Shown piece after piece: positions 25,001-37,759 of a DNA stretch of 64,000 nt. Numbering within the stretch: the stretch's first letter is position 1; each line of letters begins with the position of its first letter. The notes beneath the pieces were generated by a model. The model had not been told where the DNA came from. It was given only the letters and a program-made list of their open reading frames with translations, and searched no databases. The stretch is from NCBI GenBank assembly GCA_008632985.1, contig QPGO01000083.1, positions 161,075 through 225,074 of the forward strand, in the 5' to 3' direction. Made by a program: the position numbers and the translations under genes. This DNA comes from Psammoneis japonica (lineage: Eukaryota).

Positions 25001-28000
25001 CATGCAAAAGTCATTGCACTCTATTTCGTGTGCAAACATCGCTTGCAAATTTGGTCATTCTGAAAGTGGTCAGCCCCAAACCCCAACTTTGTCTTGCCCA
25101 TCTGTCTCCGGTCCGTTTGGGGTCAGGGCAGGGGGGGGGGACACAGATGGATTGCTCGCTTTGATGGAAGAGCACTCCCCACCACTCTGCATGAGGGAGG
25201 AAAACATGCACGGGGAGCTTTCCCTGCAAATGGGATGACTTTCACAGAGCACCTTGTGAAAATGAACGCAAAAATGGTGGTCATGCAGAGACAATGCTGC
25301 AGTGCACACAAGTGCCAAAGCTGGTGCATCTCTTGTGTGCACAAAGCTGCAATGCTCAGAGGCATTGCCCCCATGCACCAGCAACAAGCGTGCCATGCAA
25401 TGCATGCAAAAAAAGAAAAAAAGAGTCATCATCTCATTGCTGCACCCTTGGCATCATTGACCATGCAATGCCACCACACCACAGTCGTCATTCATCTGCA
25501 ACACTGGAGTGCACATGAGCACTGTTCAATTGTGTCAGGCAGTGATGGCAGCATCAATGGTCATCAGATCAGACAGGTGCAGGGTGCTGCCACTGCAAGC
25601 AATGCAGTGACAAGACTCTGCAATGTTTGTCACCAAGGAAAGGGCAAACTTCCATCCAGTGATGTGCGTTTGGTGGAAATCGAAGGCAACAATCTTGACA
25701 ACAAATTCGTCTTGCATTGCATGTGGTGCTCTTCTGCACCAATGCCTTCTCAATTTGATGAAAACTTGCAGCAAACCAGCACTGGAAGTGGGGATGCAGT
25801 GGTGAAACTGTTGCTTGAAGGCATCAATGTTGGAGAAGCACATTGGAGAGATTTTGACAGAAATTTGAGGCAAGTTCTTAGATCATGAAGACTTTGCAAA
25901 TCTCTGAATTGATGAAGTGCCAGCATGGTGGACTTGGTTGCAACCCCACTTTGTGACAGAGTGCACATGGCATCACTTCTCTCTTGGGGTGACTTCACAT
26001 TCAGAGAAAGCACAATGATCCGGCCACTGCACTGCAACAATGGCAGAGCAAGATCAAAGATGGCAATGACAAAGCTCCCTTTGCTGACTGTGTGTCTGCC
26101 ACTGACCTGAATCATGTTCTTAGAAGGCTCACAAAAGATTCCCGAGTTGATGACATGAGCCGGGGTGGAAAGCTGCAACAATGGTGCTGGCTGGCTCTCA
26201 CACATGAAACTGTGTTGGACATGGTGGGGAAGTCAAGCACTGGGACTGCAGAGAGTGGATGTGGCACCCCATGTTTGAGGTGCTTCTTGACATTGCTGGA
26301 TGGACTGAGCTTGAGAATCCAGCAGAGCATGCCACACCCATTTGCCAAGCAAGTTGGAACACTGTTGTGACTTCCATCATGTGATGGGTTCATTTCGGGC
26401 TGTTGGTGGCCCACTCTGCTCTGGAGCTGACAGAGCTGCCATGGCTGACTTTGTCTTTCCCAATGAGCCATGTGCAGGGGTTGTGAGTCCCAAAATGGGG
26501 TTTGGGCCAATTTCTGGCACACAAAACTCACGTAGAATGTCTTCTTTGCCATGCTTTTCCCGTGCTTTGCAAAAAACAGGCCACAACCTCAAGGAATTGA
26601 TTTCAGTTATGATGGTTGACACTTTGCGAACTTGCTTTTTGATGACAAACATGACTGTCCACTGTTCAGCAAAATTCCATCATTGGAAAATGTTCGCCCC
26701 CTCAGTGGGACTGCAGTGAAGAGTTGATCAAATTTCTGAAAATGGAATTTTGAAGCATTGATGCACAGAATCATGTTGCTCATGTAAAAGTCATCATGTA
26801 AAGTGTCAATGGTTTCAGGGGAAAACGATTCCTTGAGGCGTCGGTGGAGCCGAGAAGCACGAGAAAAAAATCAGCCCAAACCCTGATTCATGATTTTTTC
26901 TGCATAAAAATTCTGCGTGATTTTTGTGCCAGTGCACATGGCTTGTCTCCATGTTGAGGATGCAACTGTCACTGAAAAATTGATGTCAGAAATCCATGGC
27001 CCACATGACAGGGGTCATCCACATCTCAGCTGAGAATGTGCAGAAATCTGTCACTGTTTGATGTGTGTGGTTGCTTGGGTTGTGCATCATCAGGCATGTC
27101 TCTTGACTGCTGTGATGACAAGTTGTTGATTGTGCATGGGCTTCATGGTGGAAAAACTCTTGCTGGCTGCACAAATGTAAAAATGGAGATGCAAAGGTGC
27201 CATGCCTTGAGTGCTTGGGGTTCCACACAACTGATGCTGTGAACTCCCCAATTGAAAAGCTGTTTGTCATTTCTGTCAGCAAGTTTCTGCTCAGCGGGGC
27301 TTTGCACATGGTTCTCAGGATGTGCATGGCTTCTCTTGTCATGCACCATGTCAGCATCATGAGGGACTTTGGCACATCAAATGCAGTTGCAACAAAGATG
27401 CAAGAGGCAGCTGGAAGTGTCAACATGCAGGATGCCAGGTGCCATGCAAAGATGCCAGAGTCACTTTTGGATGACTGGTCCAAGATTGCACCATCTGATT
27501 TTTGGGACCAAAATCCAGAGACAGCACAAGAAACACCTGAGATGCTGCAAATGTCCAAAACAATGAACCAGCAAACCAGCCACTGTTCTAACATGAGTGT
27601 GTGACATGGTGTCTAACATGAAGAATGACAGTGTGAATGCACTTCAGTGAATGGTGTCACAAGAAGCTGCAACTGCAAGTGTCATGGAGGAAAACGCCAC
27701 TTTGCATTTGGACTTGGGGAAAAATTTGTGATCAGCACTCAACAACGCATCAGCAATTGGACTGTGCAAACCAAAAACTGGAGAAGTGTTTGACATGCCA
27801 CCTCCCTGCCAGCATCATCCTAGAGAAGGCAACAGTGAGGACGAAGGCAGGCCTGGTGGAAACAAGAGCCTCAGAATTGATGACAGTGATCCAAGTCAAG
27901 GACAGGCAATGACTTGGCACTGTGTCCACTTCCGCCAGAAACAGAGAATGACAATCCTGGCACCCCAACAGGCAACACCAGCATCTGAGACATGTTCTCC

Positions 28001-31000
28001 CTTCAACTTGACCAACTGCAGTCACAACACTTCACACTCATCTTTGTTGCAGCATGCATCACATTTGTTGCATCATGCAGTTTGCTGAAGAAGCAGTGGA
28101 AGAGCAGCAGAGAGCACAATGACAATGGCTGCAGAGGTCACTGCACAGTGGCAGCAGCAATGGTGTGGTGGCAACAGCAGCGGCAATCTTTGAACCAACA
28201 CAAAAGAGCTGTTGACTTGCCCACCCCATCAGAGCATGAGCCATCAACCCATGAGCAGGAACAACAAACTTGTCATCCCATCCAATGTCTGAGCATCCAG
28301 CAGTGTGGTGGATTGTTCAGGCAACACAGCAGTCAAGCCTGACAGTTGCTTGACAGTCACTTGACATGCTTGACAACCAGAAAACCCACACTCACAATGC
28401 TTGGGACCCAAATTCATGTTCCTTGGGACTTTCCAGAATGTGTCAGGTTTTGAGCTCTTCCCTCTGTTGAGAACAAACCAAAACTGCAATGCAAGCATGA
28501 GAAACATGTGAGAATTGCAGCAGATGATCAGAGCACAGGTGCTTGCCATTCTTCCATTGTTGCTCACCTCTCCTTTCATGCATGCATGCAACACAGCAAC
28601 TTGTGATGTGTTCTCCATTGATGCTGTTGTCCAGCAGCATGTCAGCACAAGAATGAGCACCGGCCTTTGCTGATGTTGTGATGGTCGGTGTTGTGTGTGC
28701 TTGGTGCTTTGCCAAAAATGTGAAGTTGTGCAAATTAACTTGCTGTTTGGACACAGACAATGCACGCACCACCAATGGTGAAACGTTTTTCCATTTGCTG
28801 TTTTTCAGATGTGTGGGATCTGTGCAGATCCCAGCCACACGAAATGTGGTGGTGACCATTTTTGTGTGTCTGTCTGCCCTTCAGGCAGGGTCAGTTTTGT
28901 GCCTCCAGTGCAAAAATGACAAATCTTCCACCCTCAACTCACACCTCCCAGCAACAGCAACACTTTTTTCAGTGTCAACACCACCATGACAGATGATTCT
29001 AGCAACACAACAATCAAACTTGTCATCTCACCTTCCTTTTGTTGCAGATCTGCCACTGCAACTTTCCTGGTCAAATTCCTTCTTGATCTGGCCAAGACAT
29101 CATGGCATGCAGTGCTGTGGTGTGTGCTTTTTTGTTGTGTTGTCTATTTCACACCCTCTGTGCTCCTGCACATCTTGCTTCAGGGACTCTTTTGCCAAAC
29201 TTTGAACTCTGCTGTGCTCTCCCTTTGCAGAATGACCATTTGCTGTGACATGAGTGTGTTTTGTTGTTGTTTTGTGGGGCTTTTTTGTGTGGTGAAGCAA
29301 GAGAGGGTCCACCTCCAGGTGCTGCTTTTAAAGACTGCAAGAGTGCACCAACTTTGAGGCCACCATGAAGGATGCTGGCTTGGCAACAATGTCTCCATTG
29401 CTGCTTTGCAGGGTTGCAGGGACAGCAGACAAGCGGCTGCACTTGAGAGTCTAAGAAGATGAGAGGCATCACCAGCTCAGTCATTGTTGAGTTTTCCATG
29501 GACAACTCAAGGTGACTTCACATTTTGTGCTGTTTTTCCCACAGCAAAGTCAAACTTCTGAGGAGCTGAAGATCTTTTTGATCATGATGACAAGGATGAT
29601 GTTGTGCAACAGAATTGCAACAGCTTGTGGATGCAGAAGCAGGAGATGAGACAAGAGTCTCTGAGAGAGAATGAATGGATTGATGGTTGCAAATGAGCCT
29701 GGGCACTGGCGCTTGCATGATGAGTGCCGGCCAAGATGCCACTCTCTCTGCACACACACACACAAGTCAAATCCTCATCAGTTGTCTTGCTGTTGGTGAC
29801 TGTGATGCAGGCAGAACAACTGTGGTTTGTAGAAGCCAGCCATGAGAATTAGGTTGAGTGCTGCCTGGCAACAATGATGGCATTGCAAATGACTTGGTGT
29901 CCACAATTGAACCACCAGCTGCATTTCCAAAGTCAAAAGGAGCACCCAGCTCTGTCAGCACAACCAACTTGGTCAAGCTGGTTCCAACTTCCAATTGGGC
30001 TGGGCACAACTGTGTGTCATTGCTGGCAGAGTTGTCTGCATTTGTTTCATTGCTTTTGGTGTCATCTGTTTTGTCAATTTTGGTGCTGTCTCTTTTGTCT
30101 TGTTTTTTTTTCTCTGTTTTAGCTTTGGCATGTTGAACACAGGTGTTCTCATCTGTGGGGATGCACATGAGCCATCCGGCATCATCATCCAGCACTTGAG
30201 TGTGACAGGTGGTGCAATCACCAGCAGGCCATTGGGGGGCATGGAACCAAGAACAAAACTCAAACCTAATTTTGGGTGCTGTTGCACCTTTGCCCAGCAA
30301 TGCCAGTGCAGGCTAACCCACATTTCCAGTGCACCTCACTGGGGTGTGGCAGAAGTTCATGTGACCAGTCACTTGGTGCACCACTTTGCAGTGGCACACA
30401 CTGGAGACACCTGGTTGAGATGAAATTGCACAGAAATGAGATTGCTGCATTCTTTTGGAGAGGATGCAGAGCACCCAAACTGCCACAGCAACACTGCTCA
30501 GAGCAGCAAGGTTGGCAGGCCAGCAGGGCAAAGAGGGGGTGTTCAGGACTTGCAGGCATGAAACAGGGAGCCTTGTTGATGTGACAAGAAGGACGTTGGA
30601 AGAAACATCATTCTCATGCAGAGTTGAGGCTGAATCTTGCTTAGAAATGCCAACCTGTGCAGCAAATGGACAGTCCTCAAGCAAGGCTGATGGTTCAACC
30701 AAACAGACACTTGCAAGTGCCACAGGAGCAGGGACAGAACTTTCACCACATCAGGTGAAGGACTTGAGTGGCCAGCGGGAGAAAAAGAAATTGTTGTGGG
30801 CTGATGGGTGTGGATGGAAGGTGATCACATCAAAGACATTGTGATCATTGGTGGGCATTTCTGAAGTGTGTGGAATTTGCACTAGATCCTGTGTAGAAAA
30901 TGCACCGAATCTGCAAAAATTGCCAAATGAGACAACAAGCATGTGAGCCACAAGGCATCAATGCCAGTCATCATCCACTGCAAATTGTTGTGGGTCATGC

Positions 31001-34000
31001 TGAAATGAGGGCACACCAATGACAGAAGTGGCCAAAAGAGTGTCGGGGGGCCCAACGAAATGCTGTCTGAAAAGGGCAACATGAGCATCAGTGTGAGAGC
31101 ATGCACAGAAACACACACAGGGGCTGCCAGTGGGCAGCTGATGTCGGGAAGTGGGGGGTGCAGAACCAGTGGCTCATCACCTTGCCCATCCACCATTCAT
31201 CCAGATCCTCACCCACCTTGATTTGCACTGGCATCCCTCCATGGCAAATCTCAGAGGTTCGGTCAATGGCAAGGCTTGATCACACATTGGGTGAGTGCCG
31301 AGGCCCCAGGCATGTTGGAGCATTTGTTCCAAAAAGGATCCCAACCAAGAGCAGAGCAAATCATCATTGATCAATTCCAAGGCCTTGTCCCAAATCAATG
31401 TTTTCTTGCTGTTTCCATTGCTGCTGTTGCTGTTGTTGTCATTTTCATTCACAACATCTTTTTTTTCATGTTCTCCCTTGTTGTTGCTGACTTGCAGCTC
31501 TGGCAAGAGCAGGCAAATCAGTCACTCCAAGACATTGCACTCTGTGGAACATGAGCTTGTTTGGCAGATGTGTGGGACACAGCCTCATCAAACAAGCTTT
31601 GGAAATGATGGCACGCAGGTGGACCACAACAAACCAGCTCAGCTGCATCTCCGCTTCCAATGAGGCACTGGGCCGAGCAATGGCCTCATCTTCCCAACAC
31701 ATGTTTTTGCTGTTGTTGCTGTTTCTTGCTGTTTTGCTGCTGTTTTTGATGATTTGTTGTGGCTGGCCTGTTGTTGTCTCATGCATGCAGTTTGCGGTCG
31801 TTGGACTGTGCAGGTGTGCACGTGTCTGTGCACTGCAGGTAGAACATGCACAAAGTCACTGGTGAGTGAATCGACATGCAGTGGATTTTTGCTGGCACAC
31901 AATCTTCACAGTCTGCAGGGAAGATAAATTTGTGCATCATGTTCCTAAAGCTTTTAAACGCAATTTAATTTTGTTTGTGTTCGGATTGTTGGGTTGAATT
32001 CAAAAAAGTGCAGAAGACCCCGAAAGAACTGTGGAATCTGCGTGAGAAAAATTTTCATTTAACGGTCTGAACAGAGCTGTCATGAAGTGCTTCTCAAAAA
32101 ATCTTTAGGTTGAGTGCAGCAAAGAATCTGCTGTTGCCAAAACAGATCTGCTGTCGGCAAACCAGGTGCCCATCCTTTGCACACAAACAACGGCAGCACA
32201 ACCATTGCCCAACAACCACCATTCACTGATCTGCCAGCTGGCATTTCAAGACAAGATGAAAGCAATTGGACAATGTTTGTGCACCATGTTCATGGGTCAA
32301 GTTGGGTTTCTTGTTGTTGCTTGTTGTCATGTCATTTTACAATGTTTTGACCCATGCCATTTTCTTCTCTGAAACTTCTGCTCACAAGCCATCCACCAGC
32401 AGCTTTTCCTGCAGGGTGTGGCCAGTTGCACAATCACATCAAACCCAAACATGCACAACCAACTGACCCCACCCTGGCCAACTCATGTTGTGCACATGTG
32501 GAACAAACAAATGAAAGCTGCAGACCTGCACACACCTTTTTTCTTGACCTTGGCTGGCTCTGCGGAGTTTGTGAGTAAAACTTGTGGGCATCATCCAGCT
32601 GTTGTGGATCTTTAGCTGCCAAACAACATTTGTTGAAGGCCAGAGCACTGAGGCCCTCACTGTGCAATTGATCTGCACTGTGCATCCACACTCCAGACAA
32701 CTGCACTGATTTCTTTGGGCTTCTCTGAACAAAGCAGCAAACATCACAGTGAAAACTTGAGAGTGAAAAACAGAAGAGGCCATTGCTTGAGAAAGACAGG
32801 CATGAAAGAGTGTGGAGTGTGGCCGTGCCCTGCACCGCATCCAGTGGTGCTGTCATTGGAGTGAAAAATGGTGGAAGAAAAGGAGGAAATGACCAAAAAG
32901 GCTTGATGCAAAGGTCAAACACAAACCCAATGAAGAGCCAACAATGGCTGGTGCTGTTGAGCCATCAGAAGCCAAAAAGGTTGCCTTTCCAGAGCTCAGT
33001 GACACCTTGTTTAATGTGGATGATGACCCACATTTGCTGAGGAAGCATTTCTCCACAAAAAGTGAGTGCACACCACTGCAACATTTTTGGTCTGTCTTGT
33101 GACTGTCACAGGACACAATGGTTGCAACGACACAAGGTTTGGGCAGTCTTCTCCAACAAATGCCAGGTGCTGCTGCCACCACCACCAATTTTGACAATGA
33201 CTCATCTGCTGCCACCCATGGCATGTCAGCAATGATGACAAATGATGATCAGTGCAGCAACAATGACCCAACCTCAATGACCCCACTGCAATCCTGCTGC
33301 ACTTGATGTGCACGACATCATCTCTGCAACAATGCACACAATCAGCAGCCACCACAGCCCAGGCAGCCATGCCCACAGATCACCAAGTTCATCTTCTGAC
33401 CCTGCAGCAATGACAAAGACAGCCATGGGCCATCATCCAGTCACAATGAGCAGCAACGATGATGAGTGACAACCACTGTGGCAAAAAGATGAGTGATCAA
33501 CAGACACCAGAGACTGCAGTGGGTCAAAAAGAGCAGGGCTTCTCTTTGTCTTGAGGGCTGAAGCATCTTTGAACCCACCATTGCAGCCACAACTGAGCTG
33601 ACAAGAGCAATGAATGCTGCTGCGCATGGCTTGGATGCACGGGCTTGGAGAATGGCTTGATGTGACGGCTTGATGACAGCTGTGGATTCTGCACAATTCA
33701 CAATCCAGGAATGGAGGGGCATGGTTGAAGCAGGCTGGAATTGCCCGCCGGCTGACATCTGAGATCCCCCATGCCTCATGCAGCATCAACACATGTTTGC
33801 AACAGTGCAATCTTTCTGAACTGGCATCAATGTGACTGTTCCGGGAAATGCACCCCCTCTGTTGGGGCAATCCACCTGCTCAGGAGAATGGCAAGCCAGA
33901 TAAAACCAGTTTTTTGCACATGTTTCACCTGCATGGTCATCTGGAGAAAATCCCATTTTGCCCAAAATGACATCAGCAACACAGAGAAGGGTGAAGCAAC

Positions 34001-34190
34001 ACACATCATTGGCTGTGAGCCACCTCCAATGGCTTTTGGGGGAGCAGCTTGTGGTGGGAATCGTCGTGAGCCACTTCAAACAGCTCATGGCTGGAAATGA
34101 CTTGTGTTTTGTGTCTTCAAACAAGTGAACAATCGGTTTCCAAATGAGACAATTTCCAAACAAATTCTGGCACGTCCAACAGATGACACC
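22070..34190. other. 12-kb block of heavily decayed repeats, depleted of TpA and CpG
   Basis: TG/CA-dominated sequence with only scattered TA. Dense overlapping Cys/His/Gln-rich, almost Tyr-free ORFs. No element could be confidently classified. Confidence 0.7.
23355..23457 (+). repeat. 44-bp direct duplication (period 59)
   Basis: TGTAAAATCTAAACAAAAGGAAGAAAGGCAGAGTGTGAAGAAAC versus TGTAAAATCCAAACAAAAGGAAGAAAGACAGAGCACAAAGAAAC. Confidence 0.85.
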
Positions 34191-34646
34191 TCATAGACGG
34201 AAGAAAGCACACATGCCCATGTCTGATTTGCGCGCCCGCCACGTCGTCGGTTACAATCTTTGACTCATTCGACTGTTATGATCTTGCGCCGCTCACAAAA
34301 TAAATCGCACCTCTTTGTCTTTGCCGCCTCTCTTCCCGCGCATTGAACGGCATCGTCACTTGTGCGTTATAAGATTGAAATTGCATCCGGTGAATCCTAT
34401 GCCGTTGCTTGGGAGCGAGAGAAACAACTTGATCACAAGTATTAGAGACCTCCAATATCATAGTAGTTACGGAACAAAGAGGTGAGGGGAGAGATCTCGT
34501 TTTCGTCTGAAATCTGCGACCCCGAAACATGCTTTTCCGCGCTTCTTTATTTTTTTGCCACGACCGTTTTTGTTCGTATATAAACGCTTTTACCTAATCC
34601 TGAGTCCTGCATCTTGTTGTGCCCTTTAGCTCATTACATATTACAA

Positions 34647-37028
34647 ATGAAACAAGAAAAGGAAGAAAGTTATGCCGTTAGGTGGTTGCAACGGAACAAC
34701 CGCAACAGCGACAACAAGGCCTCCCCAAAGGTTCTCGACGGGACTCCACTCGACTGGCCAGATGACATCGATTCGACAGGTGGTACCCGAGACGAACAAT
34801 CTGCAGAAGTAGCATCCGAAGCAGCGTCGTCCGTTTTGCTTGGTGCTGACATTACATTGCCAAGTTCGGACAAAACTGCTGCAACTTCAAAGGAAGAATC
34901 ATCCGAAGCAGCAGCGTCCTCCGTTTTGTACGGGGCTAATATTTCGTTGCCAAGCAATGCGGACAAAACAACAGCAACCAAAGATGCGGGAGGAGAGTCA
35001 TCCGAAGCAGAGTCGTCCGTTTTGTTTGGGGCTAACATTACATTGCCGAGTTCGGACAAAACATCAAAAGAGACAACAGTGTCGTCCAAATTGTATGGGG
35101 CTGATATTACGTTGCCCAGTTCCGACAAACAATCAGAGACATCAAAGGATGCAGAATTATCTTCACCTGGAGAAGTGGAAGTCTTTGTAGATCAGAAGAC
35201 AGGCCTGGATGATTCTCGTGAAGAATCCGGTTTGAATGTGGTTATTCAACAGCTGTCAACGACTGACAAGGCCACTGAAAGCGCCCCCCATTCTGACAGG
35301 GCCGTCCCTTCTCCTATGCGATCTCCTCATCGTGGATACAAATCATCGGGTTCCTCTAGAGTACCTCCTGAAATGATTGCTATACCTGTTCTTGATGAAA
35401 GTGGCGAACCCGTGAACGAGTGCGCGAGCCGTCGAGACGATGTTTCGGCAATCACAAACCCAACAGCTGTTCGAACTGTCAGTAGTCTCGCTCCGTGGAT
35501 GAGACCAATAGGGGAATACGATGAGTTAGACGAGGAAGAAGAGGACTGGCATACATGGAAACGAAACAGAAGAATTATATGCTGTGTAAGTAGTGTGGTG
35601 GTCATTTTCATTGTGGTGGCCTGCATATTTGGCATACTTGCCTCCGTGGGTGTGTTTGAACAGAGTTCATCACAGAGAAGTACTACCAGTTCCGGACCAG
35701 TAACAAACCCACCGTCCACGCCCGTCCCTACAATACTCGTACCACCCTCTCCTCCACCCGAGACGGCGTCGCCGACTTTGTCACCCACCATGAGTACGGG
35801 TGAACCGACATTGCCACCCACCATGAACACCGGTGAGCCGACATTGCCACCCACAACAACCCCTACTGTTCAACCGTCTTTGCCGCCCACCATAACCCCA
35901 ACTGTTCAACCGACTTTGCCGCCTTCTACATTCCCGCCTACAGCTGACTTGAGTCTCTCTGGCGCTCGAGTGTCCTTAGCAAGTAACGCCGGCATTCTTG
36001 GCGTGGGTCTCAACATTGGTTCTGTACGGACATATCGCGTTGACCAAGGCTCTCTGTTTGCGTTGAACCAACCGACGATATCTCTTGCTGGTGAATTGGC
36101 CATTGTGGTGTCTGGAGACGGATCTAGAATGGTGTTGGGCGCAGAAGACGAAGGTCTGAGTGGTCAAGCTCAGGTTTGGACACGAGATGTGAGCGGCCCT
36201 GACGGTGGCCCGTGGTCTCTTTTGGGCGGCGATCTAGTTGGCGAAGTGCCGGGAGGTCAATTTGGTCAAGCGGTAGCCATATCCGCGGATGGTTCGACTG
36301 TTGCTGTTGGAGCTCCAGGAGCAAATGGAGCGACTGGTCAAGTCACGTGTTTTCGACGTTTGAACGACAGCGGACCGTGGACTACTGTTGCAAGTGCCAA
36401 TGGCGTTAATCCGGGAGATGCATTCGGTACGAGCGTGTCCCTTTCGAATGATGGTTCAACTTTAGCCGTTGGTGCACCGCAGCGCAGCGTTGCCTGGGGA
36501 AAAGGCTATGTTCAAATGTACACGCTTGAAGAATCTGCCTTGGAGCCGTCGGGAGGACCGATTGAAGGTGAAGGCATCGGTGACCGTTTTGGTAGTTCAG
36601 TATCTGTGGCAGACAATCTGTCTGCAGTTGCTGTCGGAGCTTGGGGTAACGATGTTAATGGAGAAGACTCTGGTCATGCTCGTGTCTTTGCTAGAAGTGG
36701 CACTACGTGGGGACCAGTTGGAGATCCCGTCAGGGGCGATGCTCCCGGAGATGCTTTCGGTTACTCTGCTTCCCTCAGTGCGGATGGAGCGACCTTGGCA
36801 ATCGGTGCACCTCAGTCATTCACCTCGAGGACGGGCTACATCCGTGTCTTTAGATTTGCCGGTGGGACGTGGGCGACTGCAGAGACTTATCAGGGCGATC
36901 CTGGTCGGCAGCTCGGATTTTCTATATCGCTTGGCCAGGATTCAAGATTCATTAGTGTTGCATGGGGCTCGGCTCTTCTAGCTGATGGAACTGCGAGGTT
37001 TGGATACTATTCCCTTAGCAGTCAGTGA
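34647..37028 (+). CDS. Type II membrane protein with Pro/Thr stalk and FG-GAP (integrin-alpha-like) beta-propeller
   Basis: Four N-terminal SSVL.GA.ITLPSSDK repeats, TM IICCVSSVVVIFIVVACIFGILASVGV, PTLPPT stalk, repeated FGxxVS/AISADGSTVAVGAP motifs. Confidence 0.88.
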   Translation: MKQEKEESYAVRWLQRNNRNSDNKASPKVLDGTPLDWPDDIDSTGGTRDEQSAEVASEAASSVLLGADITLPSSDKTAATSKEESSEAAASSVLYGANISLPSNADKTTATKDAGGESSEAESSVLFGANITLPSSDKTSKETTVSSKLYGADITLPSSDKQSETSKDAELSSPGEVEVFVDQKTGLDDSREESGLNVVIQQLSTTDKATESAPHSDRAVPSPMRSPHRGYKSSGSSRVPPEMIAIPVLDESGEPVNECASRRDDVSAITNPTAVRTVSSLAPWMRPIGEYDELDEEEEDWHTWKRNRRIICCVSSVVVIFIVVACIFGILASVGVFEQSSSQRSTTSSGPVTNPPSTPVPTILVPPSPPPETASPTLSPTMSTGEPTLPPTMNTGEPTLPPTTTPTVQPSLPPTITPTVQPTLPPSTFPPTADLSLSGARVSLASNAGILGVGLNIGSVRTYRVDQGSLFALNQPTISLAGELAIVVSGDGSRMVLGAEDEGLSGQAQVWTRDVSGPDGGPWSLLGGDLVGEVPGGQFGQAVAISADGSTVAVGAPGANGATGQVTCFRRLNDSGPWTTVASANGVNPGDAFGTSVSLSNDGSTLAVGAPQRSVAWGKGYVQMYTLEESALEPSGGPIEGEGIGDRFGSSVSVADNLSAVAVGAWGNDVNGEDSGHARVFARSGTTWGPVGDPVRGDAPGDAFGYSASLSADGATLAIGAPQSFTSRTGYIRVFRFAGGTWATAETYQGDPGRQLGFSISLGQDSRFISVAWGSALLADGTARFGYYSLSSQ

Positions 37029-37759
37029 GTATGTGTCAACATGCGCGGCTGGATCGAGACTCGATACTCGCGGATTGGCTAAGCACCTTGGGTTTGCTTA
37101 CATGATTTTACTGTATGCGGGCGTCTCAAATCCGGTTACAATCGTGCGTAGTTTCGGACTTCTAAGGAATGAATCGACTCAACTATTTGAATTACGAACC
37201 AAGTAGAGTCTCTCCCTCGCTCGCTGCAAATTTTTGTCATTGTATTGCATCCTTTTACTAGCGAGGGGTTCCAACCAATGTTTTCCCGGATTGTTCGCTA
37301 TTTCTCTCGTTCGCATCGTCTAACTTTTGCGTTTCGGCAAAAATTTCCGACATCTTCGACACAGATGTGGCCTGCCTCGCTGTACCAGAATCTGCTGCCT
37401 CCGCACCAAGCTTTCCACTGCCCACATCCATCAGTTGCCTGTGAGTGCTAACGACGGTGCCAGACGTTGTCAAAATGTTGACAGCATCTTCCATTTCATC
37501 CCCACCATAAATAATTTCTAGTACTTCCGCTTCGCCGTTCATAATGCCACTGCAAGTGAAGTAAACACAGCGAAGAACTTAGCTAATGTGGAATGACAAT
37601 AAGCAATAGAGGAGTTGACAGCGCTGGCGACTGTTGCCAGGAAGGTCCTTCCAAGAACTCGTGGAAGCCAAGCACACCTTGAAGTGCCTACGCGTGCACC
37701 CTCCAAGCCGTTCCATCCCAGGGCTGAACGGCCACGCCCCATGTTCTTGGGAATTGTTG

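Noticed and set aside
26990..27950. Crypton-like tyrosine recombinase remnant
   Set aside because: Only a vague resemblance, with no catalytic motif readable.
22070..34190. Numerous 60-260 aa Cys/His-rich ORFs as genes or metal-binding proteins
   Set aside because: They are a by-product of TAA/TAG loss and TG/CA excess, overlap in all six frames, and show no coherent domains.
37258..37542. 94-aa minus-strand ORF
   Set aside because: Plausible composition but no recognisable motif or other support.
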